The notes under the pieces are model-generated. The model had not been told where the DNA came from. It saw nothing but the letters and a program-made list of their open reading frames with translations, and ran no database searches. Made by a program: the position numbers and the translations under genes. From Lama glama (lineage: Eukaryota), in the NCBI GenBank assembly GCA_028534125.1, contig CM052817.1, positions 80,912,001 through 80,976,000 on the forward strand: a stretch of 64,000 nucleotides of DNA, given 5' to 3'. Below are positions 40,034-54,539 of this stretch, in pieces. Position 1 is the stretch's first letter. Each line of letters starts with the position of its first letter.

Positions 40034-40569
40034 ATTTCATAGGATATTTAAAGGTGTTTCAGTATATTACATGGATCCCATGAACTCTAACTCTTTGAAT
40101 GTGAATGGTTAATGGATGGCTTGTGCTGCATTGGGCCAAGGCAAAGTCTTTGATGCAGCGCGAACAAAAGCTGTTTTCCAACATTTCAGAATTGGGTATT
40201 GACACTAAACTGAGAGCGTGTGTATGCTTAAGGAAAATTTAGTTGATAACAAGTACAGATGATAATAGCTTCTTGAAAAGAAATCAACTAACATACTAGA
40301 AGATTTACTGTGATGGCAGCTACATATAAAATCAAAGCATATTTTCTGTGACTTTGGCCTTATATAGGCCCTTTGCATGGAATTTCCTTCTCTCTGCTGG
40401 TCGGTTTATTGATGCTTACTTACCATTCAAGGCATAGATGGATCATTTACTGAGAATTCAACAAAGCACTTTTTGTAACAAAATATGAAATCAGTAGTCT
40501 CTGCTCCCTCTGAAATATCCTTCTTAGAATGGCAGGCAGTGATACTATCATTCTCACCATTCTCTAGTT

Positions 40570-41236
40570 TGTGAAACCAGAGACAAATGAGAAACAGCAA
40601 TTTCCAGGAATTGGTCATCTCTGAGGGGTAATTTTGAAGCCTGAAAAAACTCTTGGCAGGAACACTCCATTCAAACTCCTGCACTAAAAGACTTCACCAA
40701 ACTTTAACATGACTTCTAGCAGACTAAAGCCAAGCTCCTGGGAAGACTCAAGACTCCTTTTGAGTTTCTGCCTGAAAATACTCAGGACTGTCAAAGAATT
40801 TACTGTTCAAGCCAGCACTTAACCATAGGCCCTGACCTCCCTTTCTTACAGCACTTTCTAAAAAAGGCTTACAATTTCTAATTCTTCCTCTGTCCTTTTG
40901 AGAGGTATATGTACCTCCTACAACTCAGGGGTGCCTTTCTTAGGTTCCTGAAAGCCATTCCTTTGACATGTAAATCATCAGGAAAGATAGGGCCTAGTCT
41001 CTGGGGTGGATAGAATCTTAACTTTCATAATTGCCAGCTAGCTAATACAGCTGACTTAATCCAATTTACAACTTTCCTGACTCTGTTCGAGCCCTTGCTC
41101 ACTCCCTCTACCTACCCACTTATTTTCCCTTTAAAATACCCAGTTACTTCTGTGCAAATTGGAATGGACCTCAGTTCTTTCCCTTACTGGTAGTGGTTAC
41201 TGAATAAAATCTGATTTCACTATTTTAACTTTGACG
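40570..41236 (+). mobile_element. ERV1 solo LTR (MER34/MER39-like)
   Basis: tcaggaaagatagggcc...aattgccagctagctaatacagctg...ctgaataaaatctg...tttgac. Confidence 0.75.
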
Positions 41237-43089
41237 GTTTTAAACCAGGAAACATCAAGCTGGTTCTTGAGGGAGATATGGAGAACAGCCTATGAGGAAA
41301 CCAAAGCTTAGCACGGAGAAGCTTGGTTCTCAGCAGCTTGCAAGTATTGCTTGAGAGTAGCTCAGCAAGTGGTGGAGCTGATAACGCCATATGTGATGAG
41401 ACTCCAAAGAATATATGACTTGGTTCAAAGACTAGACACACAGAATTAGAATCTTGAACTACAAAAGAAAGGAGGCCTGGTGGAAGGTAAGCTAATAACC
41501 AAGAATAAGTCATCACCCCACATCTATAAGAACTGATTACTTTGAGAATTATTGAGACAGTTTAGACATAATTTGTTCACTTGGACAAGAACTCAGGTCC
41601 CAGAGGGAACTGGAGACCTTAATCTCTAAGTAGCTCTGAAAGCATCAACCCTGGAAATCCTCTGTAAGGTAGGCTAGGTGAATTAAGTTACAGAATCCAC
41701 CATTCAGTCAACATAAAGAGTAACATAATTGCATGGAAATCTCTGAAAAACAATAATGGACAAAGCTTAACAAAACAGCATTTTTAAATTTCTAAATCAG
41801 CAATATCTGCTGAGTAAAACAAAAAGAAAATGTCTCTTAGATATTATCCCATGTCCAATAGGTTAGAACTTGTCAATTCTACCTTAATTTTAGGCAAAAA
41901 TAATTTATATTTTTGAAAAGTTTTTTTCTAGAGGTTTGCACCCAATATTGTACTTTTTAAAATAAATTGTGTCAGGATGAATTGGAGGAAATGTAATGTT
42001 AAACACCAGCTATGTGAAACATGGATAACATTTCTTTGATGGATAAATATTGCTGATGGGAGTTTACTGGATTGGTACTAAACATCCAATTTTACAGTTA
42101 TTGCAATGGTTTGGAAAAGGAGGAGACAGTCACAAATTTTGTAGCAATAGCTAAGCTCTTCAGAGAAGCAAAATTTTGTGGCTTAGTTTCAGAACAATTT
42201 AACCAGACTATGTAAATAGGTAAAGTATAACTATGACCAGATACCTGAAGTAAGTGAGAATATTGTATTTTATTTATATATATAGTAATTATAATTCAAA
42301 CTATAATATATTATTCAAAATTAAATATATTATTCAAATTAACTATCCACCAATATTATGGAAATACATGTTTTATTATATATTTTATACGTGTGACTAT
42401 GTATATATATGTGTGTATATATGTGTATATATATGAAAATTATAATTGAATGTTGCAAAGTGGAAAATAATTAGTTTACTTTGCCAAATCCATCATCTGT
42501 AAAGGGACATGATTAAGTACAAATAAACATTATGAACCTAAATGGGAAAAGTGATTCTCAGCCAGGACTCTGAAACTTATAAGAATGCTCAAGATAGAGA
42601 GTGGAGATGACCAATTCTGTACTTTAGGAAAGTCCAAGATTAAGTCATTAATTATCTCAGTTGCATATTGTACCTTTCAGTATTTCCTCTTTCTTGAAAC
42701 TCTCCTCTTCCCTGTTCATTATGTGACAGTATTTGTTTGGTTCTTCTATTCGTTTGCAATCATTGGGACCCTTTGTTTTGCTGACTCCCTTTTTTTTGCT
42801 CTTTGCAAAGTGGGCTGTTCCCTCAGGTTCTATTTTCTATTTTCTTCTTCAACTACAAGCTTTTCTTTGACTATTTTATTTATTCAATACATTAAATCCA
42901 TTAAAGTAAATGTATTCAAAGCTCTGGCACTGTTCCTAGCACATGGTGTGGGTCATTGGATGATAGAAACTACCATTCTCCCTCTGATATTTCTTCTACT
43001 ATTACCATCATGACCACAGCAACTGTAGTCCAATAACCTGCTTATCTCCTAAATGTCTCAGATAGACAAAAGAAGGCAGAAGTGTTGTA

Positions 43090-43335
43090 TTATATCTGTA
43101 ATGTATAGGTCATTCCATCAATAAATACTATTGTTCACTAAGATATATTATCTCGTTTGCTTTTCAAAACAACCATACAAAGTATTTTAATTATTTTTGT
43201 AAATAAGAAAACAAAGGCCCAGGAAGATAAGTAACCTGTAGAAGATCGCATAGTTATTAACCTTTGAAGTCAGAATTAGAACTCATTCTTGTCTCAGAAA
43301 CCCATATAAAATCCATATTCTTTCTACTGTACTGT
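43090..43335 (-). mobile_element. MIR
   Basis: tttgtaaataagaaaacaaaggcccaggaagataagtaacctg...gtcagaattagaactca. Confidence 0.65.
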
Positions 43336-46300
43336 GTTTTATAGACCAATTCTTATCTGCTCCCAAATTTTGTGTTAGGAAGATTTTAATGAGGATAGGG
43401 AAGGACATATATACCTATATGTTATCTTTCTAAATCAGTGATAAACTTGTTGTCCTAGATATTGAACCTGAAACTCAGGGGGAAATACTTTTTAGAAAGT
43501 ATCTTTAAAGAGGATATTTAACGAGTGCCATTAGTAGAACATTGATTCTTTTTTTCAAGAGCTGATTATTTCTCAGACTAAATGCTGCTTGCTTTATTTA
43601 TGCTATTCTATCTAATTTGGAATTTTCATGCCCGTTTGAAGGTTTGAATGGCTAAACTGAGGGAGTGCAGTAAATTATGCGGTTGTTTCTCACAAACTCC
43701 TTTCCACCTTCCACCTAGTTGGCCTCTGACTCACATTCCTTCAGTTCTTCCAGTGATATTGTAAACATCCAATCCCCTGGATTGAGTCCCTTGCTTTTGG
43801 AAATTACTATAGTATTTTCTCTTTCATAAAACTGGACTTCACTAATAAAGGAAGAAAACATCAACACTTTGTTAGTAAAAGATAAATCAAGTTGAAATCT
43901 AAACCCAAATTCTAACCTTGGTGAATATCAAGCTTAGACTTGTGCTAAATATGCCTTCATAACTTTTAATCTGTTTCCCTCAAGTCTTCTCAACCTAGTT
44001 AGACTTGCTTATTAGATATTTAAGTTCCAGGCACTAGGTCTCCAAGGGCAAAGAAATTTCTTGAAATACAGAAAAATTGTGCACTAGCCTCGGAATACTA
44101 ATGGTTTGAGAAAATAAGGAGAAAAAATGGAAGGAGCAGAAGATCAATTATGTATATTAGGAACTCTCTCAATCAAAAATTTCCAATTTGTCATATTCAA
44201 AAATAAATTTAATTCATGACAAATAAAAATTTTGTAAGAGAAATAATCAAAATAGTTTACAACCTGTACTCCTCTATTTCCTGGCTTATATTTGTGACAG
44301 TCAAGAAAATTATCAGCAAGCTAATATGATGTTTTTGGTTTGTACAAAATTCTAGTCTCATTTTACTTGAAATAGTTTAAGTATAATTTTGACTACTATA
44401 TTTCAGGAGATACATGATAGTGATACAAATTGTCTCCATAGGCAAATAGATTGGATAGATGGAGTTTAACATAAACAGATTAAAACACTAAAACTTCAGA
44501 AACAATGAAGAGTGAGCAAGATATAATTGAACATCACAAATTAACATGGTTTCTGTATTCAATAAATGTAGCTACTATTATTCTTTAAAAAGTAATAAAG
44601 AGCTAATACTAAACTATTCCCCAAACTGAAATACCAGGGTAAGAAGGTAACGTGAATACAGGCTTAACTGTGAAAAAAAAATTAAAGATTAAAAACTGTT
44701 GTTTAGGTTACTGATCTCAGTGAATATAATATGTGTCTTAATATTTCTCCAAATGAACTTTATATTTTTATACAAGTTTGTGAACAAAAAATTAATATTC
44801 TAATAAAAGTAAATGTTCATGTGAGTTTTAGAAGAATAGATATTTATATGTTCCATATAATGAATCCATTTTCAAACTTCAAATATTTTAAGCTTTTACA
44901 GTAGAGCACATCCTGAGTATTGCCCTTTTAGTCCAGCTTCTTACTGCAGTTCTGCTAATGGCATTCACATACATATACAACTCACCTTCTTAGAAGCAGC
45001 CTGTTTTAACATGGAAAAAATGACCAAGAGTGGTCAAACTATAACTCTGTGAATGATCCAATTATCCCAATTAAATTTCACTGTTTCAAAGTCAAGTGAT
45101 AGAAAATGGCTAAGGAGCTAAGGAGGGCAGTTGAGATGTTACAGCTTGTTCAATTTCAAACTTTCCATTAAGTGGAAAATAAAGACTCCATGCTTTTATT
45201 GCTTTTAAAAAATAAAAATGACATTTAATGATATTCTTGAGGAAGATTTGCAACTGCATGGAATCCCTTGGAAAATAAACTTTAATTGCTTATGCTGCAC
45301 ATATCTTTTTTAAAATTCAATATGAATTCAAATTTTTAAAATCCAGATAGGCAACACATGGCAAATCCGGGTAACCTCAGCCAATGAAACAAAAGTGTTT
45401 GCTTCTACCCTATTGAATGTGTTACTTGCTCCAAGTAACAACAGAAAACTAATAATTTTTTTAAGAAATAAAATGTAAATAAGTAAAAAAAATTAAACAG
45501 GTGATAAATTCCATTAAAATTATTACTGTGTTCCTTAACATTTTATCATCAGTAATATTTGAAGGGAATTCTGGAACTGGATAAGTTTAATGTCCAGCTG
45601 AGATTATAGTCAAGTTTTAATTAACCATTCTGATTCTAGAAAGAACATGAATAAATCTGTCTTACAGAAAATTCATAAGCTTTATTTAACTTTATTTTCA
45701 CCACTCTGTCTGCAAGATTTAACAAAGGCTGCTAAATGTAAAACTGGTGTGTTATCAGTAAATTCAGATGGGGTTCAGCAGGAATATAGGAATATATAAA
45801 ATTTATATATAAATTTTAAAATAGAAGTACAGAGAAAATATGTGTTTTATGTCCAAATCCATTTGACAATATGGTATTGCTTTAATGCCATAAGAGTCCC
45901 TTCTCTGCACTTCTTTTATTCTCAGATAAATAGTATTTTATTACAGACAATAGTCTAATTTATAATTTTTTATACATTTTATGGTACAGTCATCATAAAC
46001 ACAGAAATTTCAATATACAATATTCAAACTAATAACAAGAAAATAAACACTGCAACTTATTTTTGGAAGATGTGGTTATTGCAGTACTATCTTTATAATT
46101 TCTTATCCAGAGCCCCAAAACATAGGTAACCCTAAAAATGTAGCAGAAGCATTTTGGCATATTGGTTTGTACAGAGATGTTTCCAAGGAGGCAAGGACCT
46201 GTTATTTGGTTGTCCTTTGGAAATGTTACCTTTCTGGAAATCTAGAAACAGCCATAATACAAGCAGAGTATAATGAGACACAGCCCAACTGGGAAAAATG

Positions 46301-46374
46301 TGTATTCTACCAGAAAAGGACCTCCAATTCCTGGCAGATGCAACTTCCCTTTAAAAGTTTCTGGCAATCACACT

Positions 46375-47555
46375 TTTAATTTCCAAGAGTTCTTTGTTGA
46401 TTTCTGAGAGTTTTCTGTTCAACTCCTTTATTGATATATCATAGATTAAATGGCTTTTCATATATAGCTGATGATGTTAACTCTAGATTTTTTTTCAAAG
46501 TCTTTTCTACTTCTGCAGTTTCACTCTTTTTCCCTTTTGTCTATTTGTTTATTTTGGTTTCCATGTTGCAGGCCTTCCTCAAATAATATTTTGTTCTTCA
46601 TTGATATTAAACAAGGAGCTCTAGAAAGGGACTGGATGCTGTGTGTCTGAGTGGGCTTGTGAATGTTTTTTTTTTTTTTTAGTAGCATGATTAGACAGCA
46701 AGCTTACTTTTTCTTGGAAGATTTCCATATGTCAATATCTAGACATCATTTTTCTGAAACACTCATGTTTCTCCAGAGAAGAATCATCTCTTCGTCTGCC
46801 TGGAGTTGTTTTCCTCAACAGTTCACACTGTGAGAGAAGGGTTGAGGGAGGTGGATGGAGGTCCCAGCATCAATTTTAAAGACTTCATCATAATTTCCCT
46901 CTTGTTATTGTGGCACTTCACAGCCATTCGTCTGTGTTTGCTGTCCCTAAATTTGGAAAGTCCAGGTTCAATTTCTACAGGTAGTAGACTCATGATCTCC
47001 TGAGGTCACAGCTAGAGGAGAGGTCAAGGGTTTGTGTGTGCCTTGGGGTGGGGAGTGCCAAGAGAGAATGGTCCTGTAGCTTTCCACATTGAGGATTGTG
47101 ATGTGTGTGTGTGTGAGAGAGAAGGGGGTGGGTAGCACTTGTTCCACACACAGATTTTTGAAGCAGTTCTCCTGTTTTCAAGTCTGCATCTTATTTTGTA
47201 GTCTTTGGCAGTTTATTACCTCCAAATACAGAGTTCTTTAGGAGAAAATTATCTCCCTTCTTTTTGATATTCCTTTCTGCAGGTCCTTAGTTTGTAACTT
47301 CTCCTCTTATAAGGTAATTGCCCTTCCACGTGCTTCCCATACTTCAAAAAATAGTTAAGTAGTTGAAATTGCTAGTCTATTTTTGGTCCCTCTCCTGCTT
47401 TCTTCTGTCTGTCTCCCTTGCTTCCTCACTTCCTCTCTCTCACTCTCTCCTCCTCCTTTTCTTCCTTCCCCCTTCCCTCTCTCTGCTAACTTAGTAGGAT
47501 TTGAGAAGGGAAAAGTGATAAATGCACGTGGCTGCCTTGATGTTTAACCAGACAC
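46375..47555 (-). mobile_element. HAL1-type LINE fragment (5' end/ORF1 region), with a CT-rich tract near 47395-47487
   Basis: ttttaatttccaagagttctttgttgatttctga at the left end and ggatttgagaagggaaaagtgataaatgcacgtg...atgtttaaccaga at the right end resemble antisense HAL1. Confidence 0.65.
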
Positions 47556-47899
47556 CCAGACTGAAGATTCCAGTATACTCCCTGCTCTACGCAGAAGAAT
47601 TGGCTTCAGACTAGGCAGACCTGAGGCTAGAGGTTAAAGGACTGAATGATTATAGCTCAGCACCATGAATGCAATAGGGGCTGACATTTCCACTCAACTG
47701 CTTGATTAAATACTGCACTTTTATTTAAAAAAAATTTTTTTTTTCTGTTTCAGTCATATCATTGATATAACTGTGGGTTTTCCATTTCTTTGGCAGTACA
47801 TTTTCTGGTCTCTATGATTTAGTTGATTTCAGCTTCTATTTTAAATCTGTTGGTATTTATCATGTTAAAGAAACACAGAGGTAGACATATCCTTTCTGC

Positions 47900-48360
47900 A
47901 AACCCCATCCAGACTTTTCTCTGATTTACACTGTTGACTTATCATTCTGGTAAGTCCTATTTCTTCAAGTACAAATACCTCTACGTTCCTTCTGTATGTT
48001 GTTCAAGGCTTTCCATTATGTGACCCCAACTAATCAACACCATTTTCTGTTATTCTTTAGACCTCTTGATCTGGCCAGGTGAATCTTCTGTATGTCCACC
48101 AAAACCAAAGTTCTCCTATCCCACACCATGTGATCCTGACCCTTCTTCTCCAGAACTCCTGTTCCCAGTTACAAGTGATGCCCCTGCCTGGCACCACACT
48201 CATGACTATCTTTGCCTTCCCTGGAATATTCACTCTCCATCTTTTAAAACTGTATCTCATCCTCAAGCTTCAACTCGTTTCCTACTTTCTTGCACAACTT
48301 AAGCACTTCCTGCTTTTTGTCTTGTTTAATTTTTTCTTCAAAGTCATTCTCATCTTCCTG
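47900..48360 (+). mobile_element. L2 fragments
   Basis: ttcaaggctttccattatgtgacccc...ttgccttccctggaatattcactc...tcctcaagcttcaactc. Confidence 0.55.
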
Positions 48361-50039
48361 AAATGAATTCCAAACTCTGAGAACAGTGGCCATTTAAAAA
48401 CTTCTCATAATACAGATCTTCTTTCTGAGTATGTACTAATTGATTAGCCTCAAAATGTTGTCTCTGCCTGTCACTTTTCAGTTAGTGGTTTCATAACTTA
48501 GCTTTATTTCCTGATGATATATTACACAAACTAGATGCTGAGAGGAAGTTTAAAAGTTTAGTTGGGTCAGGTGAGTGAGGGAGGAAGGTTTTTTTCTCTG
48601 CTTATGACACGTTATGGTGGTACATTTCAGAGTATAATGAAAAACCAGTTGGATTTACTCTTGCTTATTTTCATTTTTAAGTTTGTTCGTAAGAGAATAA
48701 ATTAGCTACTGATATCATGTGCCCACTTTTGAATCCTTATTCCCATAAATTTTCTCAATTTCTTTTTTCATTTCTTTCCTGAGTGTTTGGAAGTTTAAAA
48801 AATTATTTTTTGATATCTTTGTAGAAATTCTATTTAAGTTGTTTTGTTTTGTGTTGTTTTGCACTTTCATTGGTATATTTAATAAAATACCATAAAGTAA
48901 TTTTCTTAAAGTTTGTTCTTAGTTTATCCTGTGTTTAGTTAGACTAAGCGCCAAGCTATGTTTGGCAAACTTGAGAAGGTAACTGCTAATTAAGCTAAGT
49001 TTATTTAATGATAAAAAGCAAGCAAGAGCATTCCTTTAAACTAGGTGTGAGAAACTGATTCAAGCATGTTGAGTACTGCCAAAGTGTTGCAGAATCCTCA
49101 GTTAATGATTTAATTAGTAGCAAACTGTCATCAGCCTAAGTAAATGTCTTAACACCAGTTTCTTTTAGTCAGTCCCTAGTGACTTAGACCTATAACTTCT
49201 AAGTCATTAATGTTTTGCTGTTATTACAGTATGTTAACATAAGACTTCATTTGGTTGGTTTTAGAGTATCTATAAAAGTAAGCTCTTTCCCCCTCTTTTC
49301 TTCTCATTACCTAACCATCACTTTTTATGTGAGTTTCCTTGCCACTGGTGGGAAACTATAGTGCTTCACTTATAAAGATAAATATTACTGTAATGAGTTT
49401 TAGTATTTTGGCCACCCAACACCACGATTTAATTTGCAGATGAACCTCTCCTTGTTGAAAGTCATCTTAGTGGCACATGAAATCCATGTGCCTGCCCTCC
49501 CCTTCAAAAGCTGCTTTCAGATCCCTGGGCATTCTTTGTGCATTTCCCCATACTGGGAAGGCCAGGGACTCTGAACTTAAGCAGTGCAAAGCAAAGGCTG
49601 AAACAATGAGCTGGATTTCACCCATTCCTCAGGAAGACTGTCAAGCAAGCCTTGCTACCAAGACTGGTTCTGGACAGCTGAGAAGCTGTTCGTCTTCAGC
49701 CTTCCCTGTAATCCTACGAGATCCCTCATGTCCTTCAAATGGAGTCACTCTTTGTAAAGTCAACCTAGAGTCATTTTTGTTCTTGCTGTTTACAAACAAA
49801 ATAATATAGCTACAGAATAAAACTACATGATGCCTTTATCAATTAGAATTTTTTCCTTTTATTATTTAATATGTGTTAAGTACAAAAAAAAAAAAAACTA
49901 CTAGAAACCCCTCTAATATTATGCCATATTGCCATGTGTCGGTGTCTGGAAAACCTGACTCAGGTGAATGTGAGAACTTCAGAATGCTAGAATACTCAGG
50001 AACAAGTAAAAGATGAGAGAGCATGAAAATAGAATCCTT

Positions 50040-50870
50040 CAAATGCAAATCAAAACTACAATGAGGTTACCAGCTCACATCAGTCAGAATGTCTATCATC
50101 AGAAAGTCCACAAATGATAAATGCTGGAGAGGGTGTGGAGAAAAGGGATCCCTCCTACACTGTTGGCGGGGATGTAGTTTGGTGCAGCCATTATAGAAAA
50201 CAGTATGGAGATACCTCAAAAGACTAAAAACAGACTTACCCTATGATCCAACAATCCCACTCTTGGACATATATCTGGAGGGAACCTTCATTTAAAAAGA
50301 TACATGAACCCCAGTGTTCACAGCAGCACTATTTACAGTATCCAAGACATAGAAACAACCTAAGTGTCCACTGACAGATGACTGGATAAAGAAGTTGTGG
50401 TATATATATGAAACTCAGTCATTAAAAAAGAATAAAATAATGCCATCTGCTGCAACATGGATGGATCTGGAGATTGTCATACTAAGTGAAGTAAGCCAGA
50501 AAGAGAAAGAAAAACATCATATGATATCACTTATATGTGGAATCTAAAAAAAGACACAAATAAGCTTATTTATAAAACAGAAACAGACTCACAGACATAG
50601 AAAACAAACTTGTGGTTGCCAGGGGGTAAAGGGTATGGGAAGGGATAAATTGGGACATTGAGATTTGCAGATACTAACTACTACATACAAAATGAACAAT
50701 AATTTTATACTGTATAGCACAGGGAGCTATATTCAATATCTTGTAGTAACCTATAATGAAAAAGAATATGAAAAGGAATAAATGTATGTATATGTATGAC
50801 TGAAACACTATGCTGTACACCAGAAATTGACACAACATTGTAAACTGACTATACTTCAATTGAAAAAAAA
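50040..50870 (+). mobile_element. 5'-truncated young L1 (ORF2 end, 3' UTR, poly(A)), camelid-like tail
   Basis: aaatgcaaatcaaaactacaatgagg...aaatgctggagagggtgtggagaaaaggg, 3' end cagaaattgacacaacattgtaaactgactatacttcaattgaaaaaaaa. TSD-like gaaaatagaatc / gaaaatagagtc. Confidence 0.95.
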
Positions 50871-52954
50871 GAAAATAGAGTCTCACATTTGGAGGGTGAG
50901 AAAGTTATGAAATAGAAAAAGAAGGAATATGAAGGTACTTTATTTTTTTAATTAAATGCATATTACTTTGACAAGAACATATTCAGATTATTGATCATAC
51001 ATTTGTAGTGAATAGAAATGTAAATAAAAACACCATTTAATTAATGCAATTAAAGAGAGTCAGAAAAAGAAAAAACTAAAATTTTCTCCATATCTTTAGA
51101 AAAAATGGCATATATTTGATAGAGTTAAAAAATGTCCTTGATAGATAAAACAAACTATAGTCTGAGAAAAATCATATAATATAAAGGAAACTAAGAGATC
51201 ATTAAATAGAGTATCTCCAAGTTGCTGATCATGTTTGATAGTACTTTAAATCCAATAGAGTTGATTGCTGGCTCAAGAAAACAGTATCACATACCAATAA
51301 AAGTGGTTTGGGTTATCTGTTTCTACTAAGCCTAACTGTCAGTCTGGACCACTTTTTACCTCCTCAGTGACCAAATGATAACATGTCATCACTTTGAACC
51401 CAAAGAATGTCTACTTCCACAACTCTATAATCCTTTCTCTTCTCTCATAGAACACTAAAGATTTTGAGAAAATAGATCTTCTGGTGGAGGAGGGAGAATC
51501 CACATCTAATTGGATCTCATTTTACAGATGAAATTAAGGGCTTACAGGAAATTATATTAGCAGCTTCTTTTGCTTAAAAAGAATTAATCTATAAAAAATG
51601 CCATAGAAACTAAGTCATTTGTATATGCCATAATTTTGCTGAAATTCTACCAAATGAGACATCTGAGTTTTAATTTAGATTTCAATACATTTTCCTAGAG
51701 ACAACTATAGTGGCTTAAAGCAAGTTCAGTTGAACTTATAATTAAATTTTCTACTAACTGACTTCCTTCCATTTCTACCTTCTGTTTCTGGGCAAATCAT
51801 AAAACCCAATTCAAGCTTGATTAAATTTCCATTCTTTTTTTGAACTGAACTTGGGTTTTTTTAGCTTTGAATTTTACTTTGAGTTTGTTTTAACCAGCAT
51901 TTTGGAAAGGGAATTTCTCTCAGAAAAGTATGTTATCCATGTCCTCATAAAATTGTTTCTATACTTGGTACTTCATTGTTTTCTCTGTTTTAGATCCAAA
52001 CGCAGTGAAAGATTTGCTGATGCATTTCACTTAGTTTTCAATGAAAAGAGGATAGTATGAATTTCTTTGGATTATATTTCCTGGAAATATATTTTCCATG
52101 TGTAGTCTGCCATTAGGAAAAATAAAACATCATCTAAAAGTATTATGATTAAAAGAAAAGGATGACAGATCTATCCTTAACATAAAATCAATCAGTCAAG
52201 TACTGCATAAACTCTTTGTTTTAATCAATACTAATCATAGTACTATTGCATACATGTCACTTTTTAAAAAAACAACACACGAGAGATATAAAAGGCACAT
52301 CAGCTAAGGTGAAACAAAAAGTGAGAAATTCAGTTCAGTATGTCTTAGATTTTTTTCATACTGATCTTTGTGGTTATGATAATTGTAGATTTATGAGTAG
52401 GCATTCCACTGGGAAAAGTCTATGTGTAATGTTAAATATCCTTATATTTCAATAAAAAATTATGCATCACAGAGCTATTTCCTTGCCAAAAATGTTACAA
52501 ACACATATAGCCATCCACACAAAAAAGCACTAATTTAGAACGTTTAAACAGGGTGGCTGGGTATAACTTGGATGAGTTGGAAGATAGCTGTTAACACAGA
52601 ATAGAAGTCCTCAAACCTAAATGAATGTCTTTAGAAGGCAAAAGAGTGAAATGAACATGAGAGAAAGGAACTGTCAGTTGGTGAGATAATCTTTCCTATC
52701 AGTCAACTTATATTTTTCCCTCCTAGGTTTTTATTTGCTTGCTGAGTAGCCAGAGACAAAAGTTGTAGGCTTTTATTTGATTCAATGAAGGATCAAATCC
52801 AGAACATAAAAATTCAGGCAATTATAATTTCATTAATCTGTTTTATTTCAAATTTCTGTGTGAAATGGATTTTAGAGTCTTCTAACGTATAGTAAACATA
52901 CCTATATCATTATATAGGTATACTAGTTGTTGCTTTTAGATGCACTGGTTCTTT

Positions 52955-53129
52955 TTTATAGCTCTATTTTATTTTTATTTTTAAAAATTTTTAAATTTTT
53001 ATACAAATTTTAAAGATTGCTTTTCATTTACAGTTATTACAAAATATTGGTTCTATTCCTTGGTTTGTACACCACATCTTTGGGCTTATCTTACACCAAA
53101 TAGTTTGTCTCCCACTTCCCCACCCCTCT
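52955..53129 (-). mobile_element. Short L1 3' fragment with a 15-bp TSD
   Basis: atgcactggttcttt (52940-52954) and atgcactgattcttt (53130-53144) flank catttacagttattacaaaatattgg..., an L1 3' UTR-like sequence. Confidence 0.85.
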
Positions 53130-54539
53130 ATGCACTGATTCTTTGGTGATTCTTAACTGTGTATAAGTAGCTGCCCCTTTCAATCTGGTTGAAAGGATGC
53201 TTTCTATTTTCAGTCAAGATTGGCCTTTTTCTTGGAATATTTATGTGAAAACTAAGAAATACTTTGAGTAGCTTAAATGTAGTACAGGTTCAGACCAAAG
53301 ATAAAGTTTGAATTTTATTACCAAGCAAAGAATTGACTTGCAGAAATAGGGAAGCAGGATGTAGATACAGACTTCTGCCTCGAAGGCTGGTACTTTTTTT
53401 TTTTTAATTTATTCATTGCTTTTAAAAAATGAAGAGAAAAAAGTAGCTGAATAACTTCTGGTTGGCTGGATGCCGGTATTATTTTTATTGGCAAGAGTCT
53501 CTGAGTGGCTGAAAGGTGGCCATTAACACTCTGACAGAAAGTGCTGACAGGGTGATTACAAGATTAACACCCTATGTTATATTAAGAGTGTCAAAACCTC
53601 ACTCTTACCTGTCAGTGGAAAATAACAGCATGAGCGGAAACATTACAGAAACAGAACTATTTCTAATGTTAAAGCACCATGCTTTGGTGTGTATAAACTT
53701 TTTAAAATGCCCATGTTAGCTACTGAATTTAGTTGATGGTTGAAGGCATTCTTTTTTTAACTCAATAGGTGATTTTTAGGAGTGAAAGGATTATAAGAAC
53801 TATATATTATAGTAGTTCTCCATTGAAATGGAAGTCTCATCTGATTCAGTCAGTATAAACTAATTATGAATATCAATTATTTTATAAACCAAAACTGTTT
53901 TTTAAAATAATTCTTTACCTTAATTATGAAGAAAATTTAACAAACAAGCTTTCCACATTGCTTCTATAATGCTTTGTAGCCCAAAGTTGAAAAATGCCTA
54001 ATATTCTGGTCCAGAAATCACAAAAACAAGAAGTTTCCCTTCAACAAGATATTTCTTTGTTTGTTTGTTCATTCTTAATCAGAGGGGCTCAGAGAATTCT
54101 TCCTCTGCATCACACACAAGACTGTTAAATTTATGTAAATGTAAAATATCAGGATCAATTAAACCATAAAAACCTCTAGTACTTTCTTGTCCTGAAATGG
54201 CTTTTCAATGGGTTGAGCTGGTTATTCTTTTGACAGAGTTCTGCTTGGGAAAAATGTTAAAGTCAAGAGTTGCAGGACAAGGGATAGTTTGGGGACATGC
54301 TTAACCTGGAGGTGCTGAGTCAGAGAAGTGAGGGTGGAGTAGGGAAAATTATATACCCTAGACTACTAGGAAGGCTAACCAAGTCAGTCTCACTTGGGGT
54401 TCTAATAGATTTAGACACCATCCAGGAGTCCTGGGCTCAGCCTCAGTTTCCACTCTACCTTGCTCCAGAAGACCCATTCCATAGAATGAAGATCGGTCCA
54501 GGATAGAGCCAAGAACTCCTGAAATCTCAGGGCTGATAG

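Noticed and set aside
42585..43013. 142-aa hydrophobic ORF
   Set aside because: T-rich decayed L2/MIR-like sequence gives spurious Phe/Leu-rich ORFs.
45797..45818. Perfect 22-bp AT palindrome; short hairpins also at 18315-18337 and 45420-45440
   Set aside because: Short and AT-rich, so plausibly chance or local slippage, with no supporting context.
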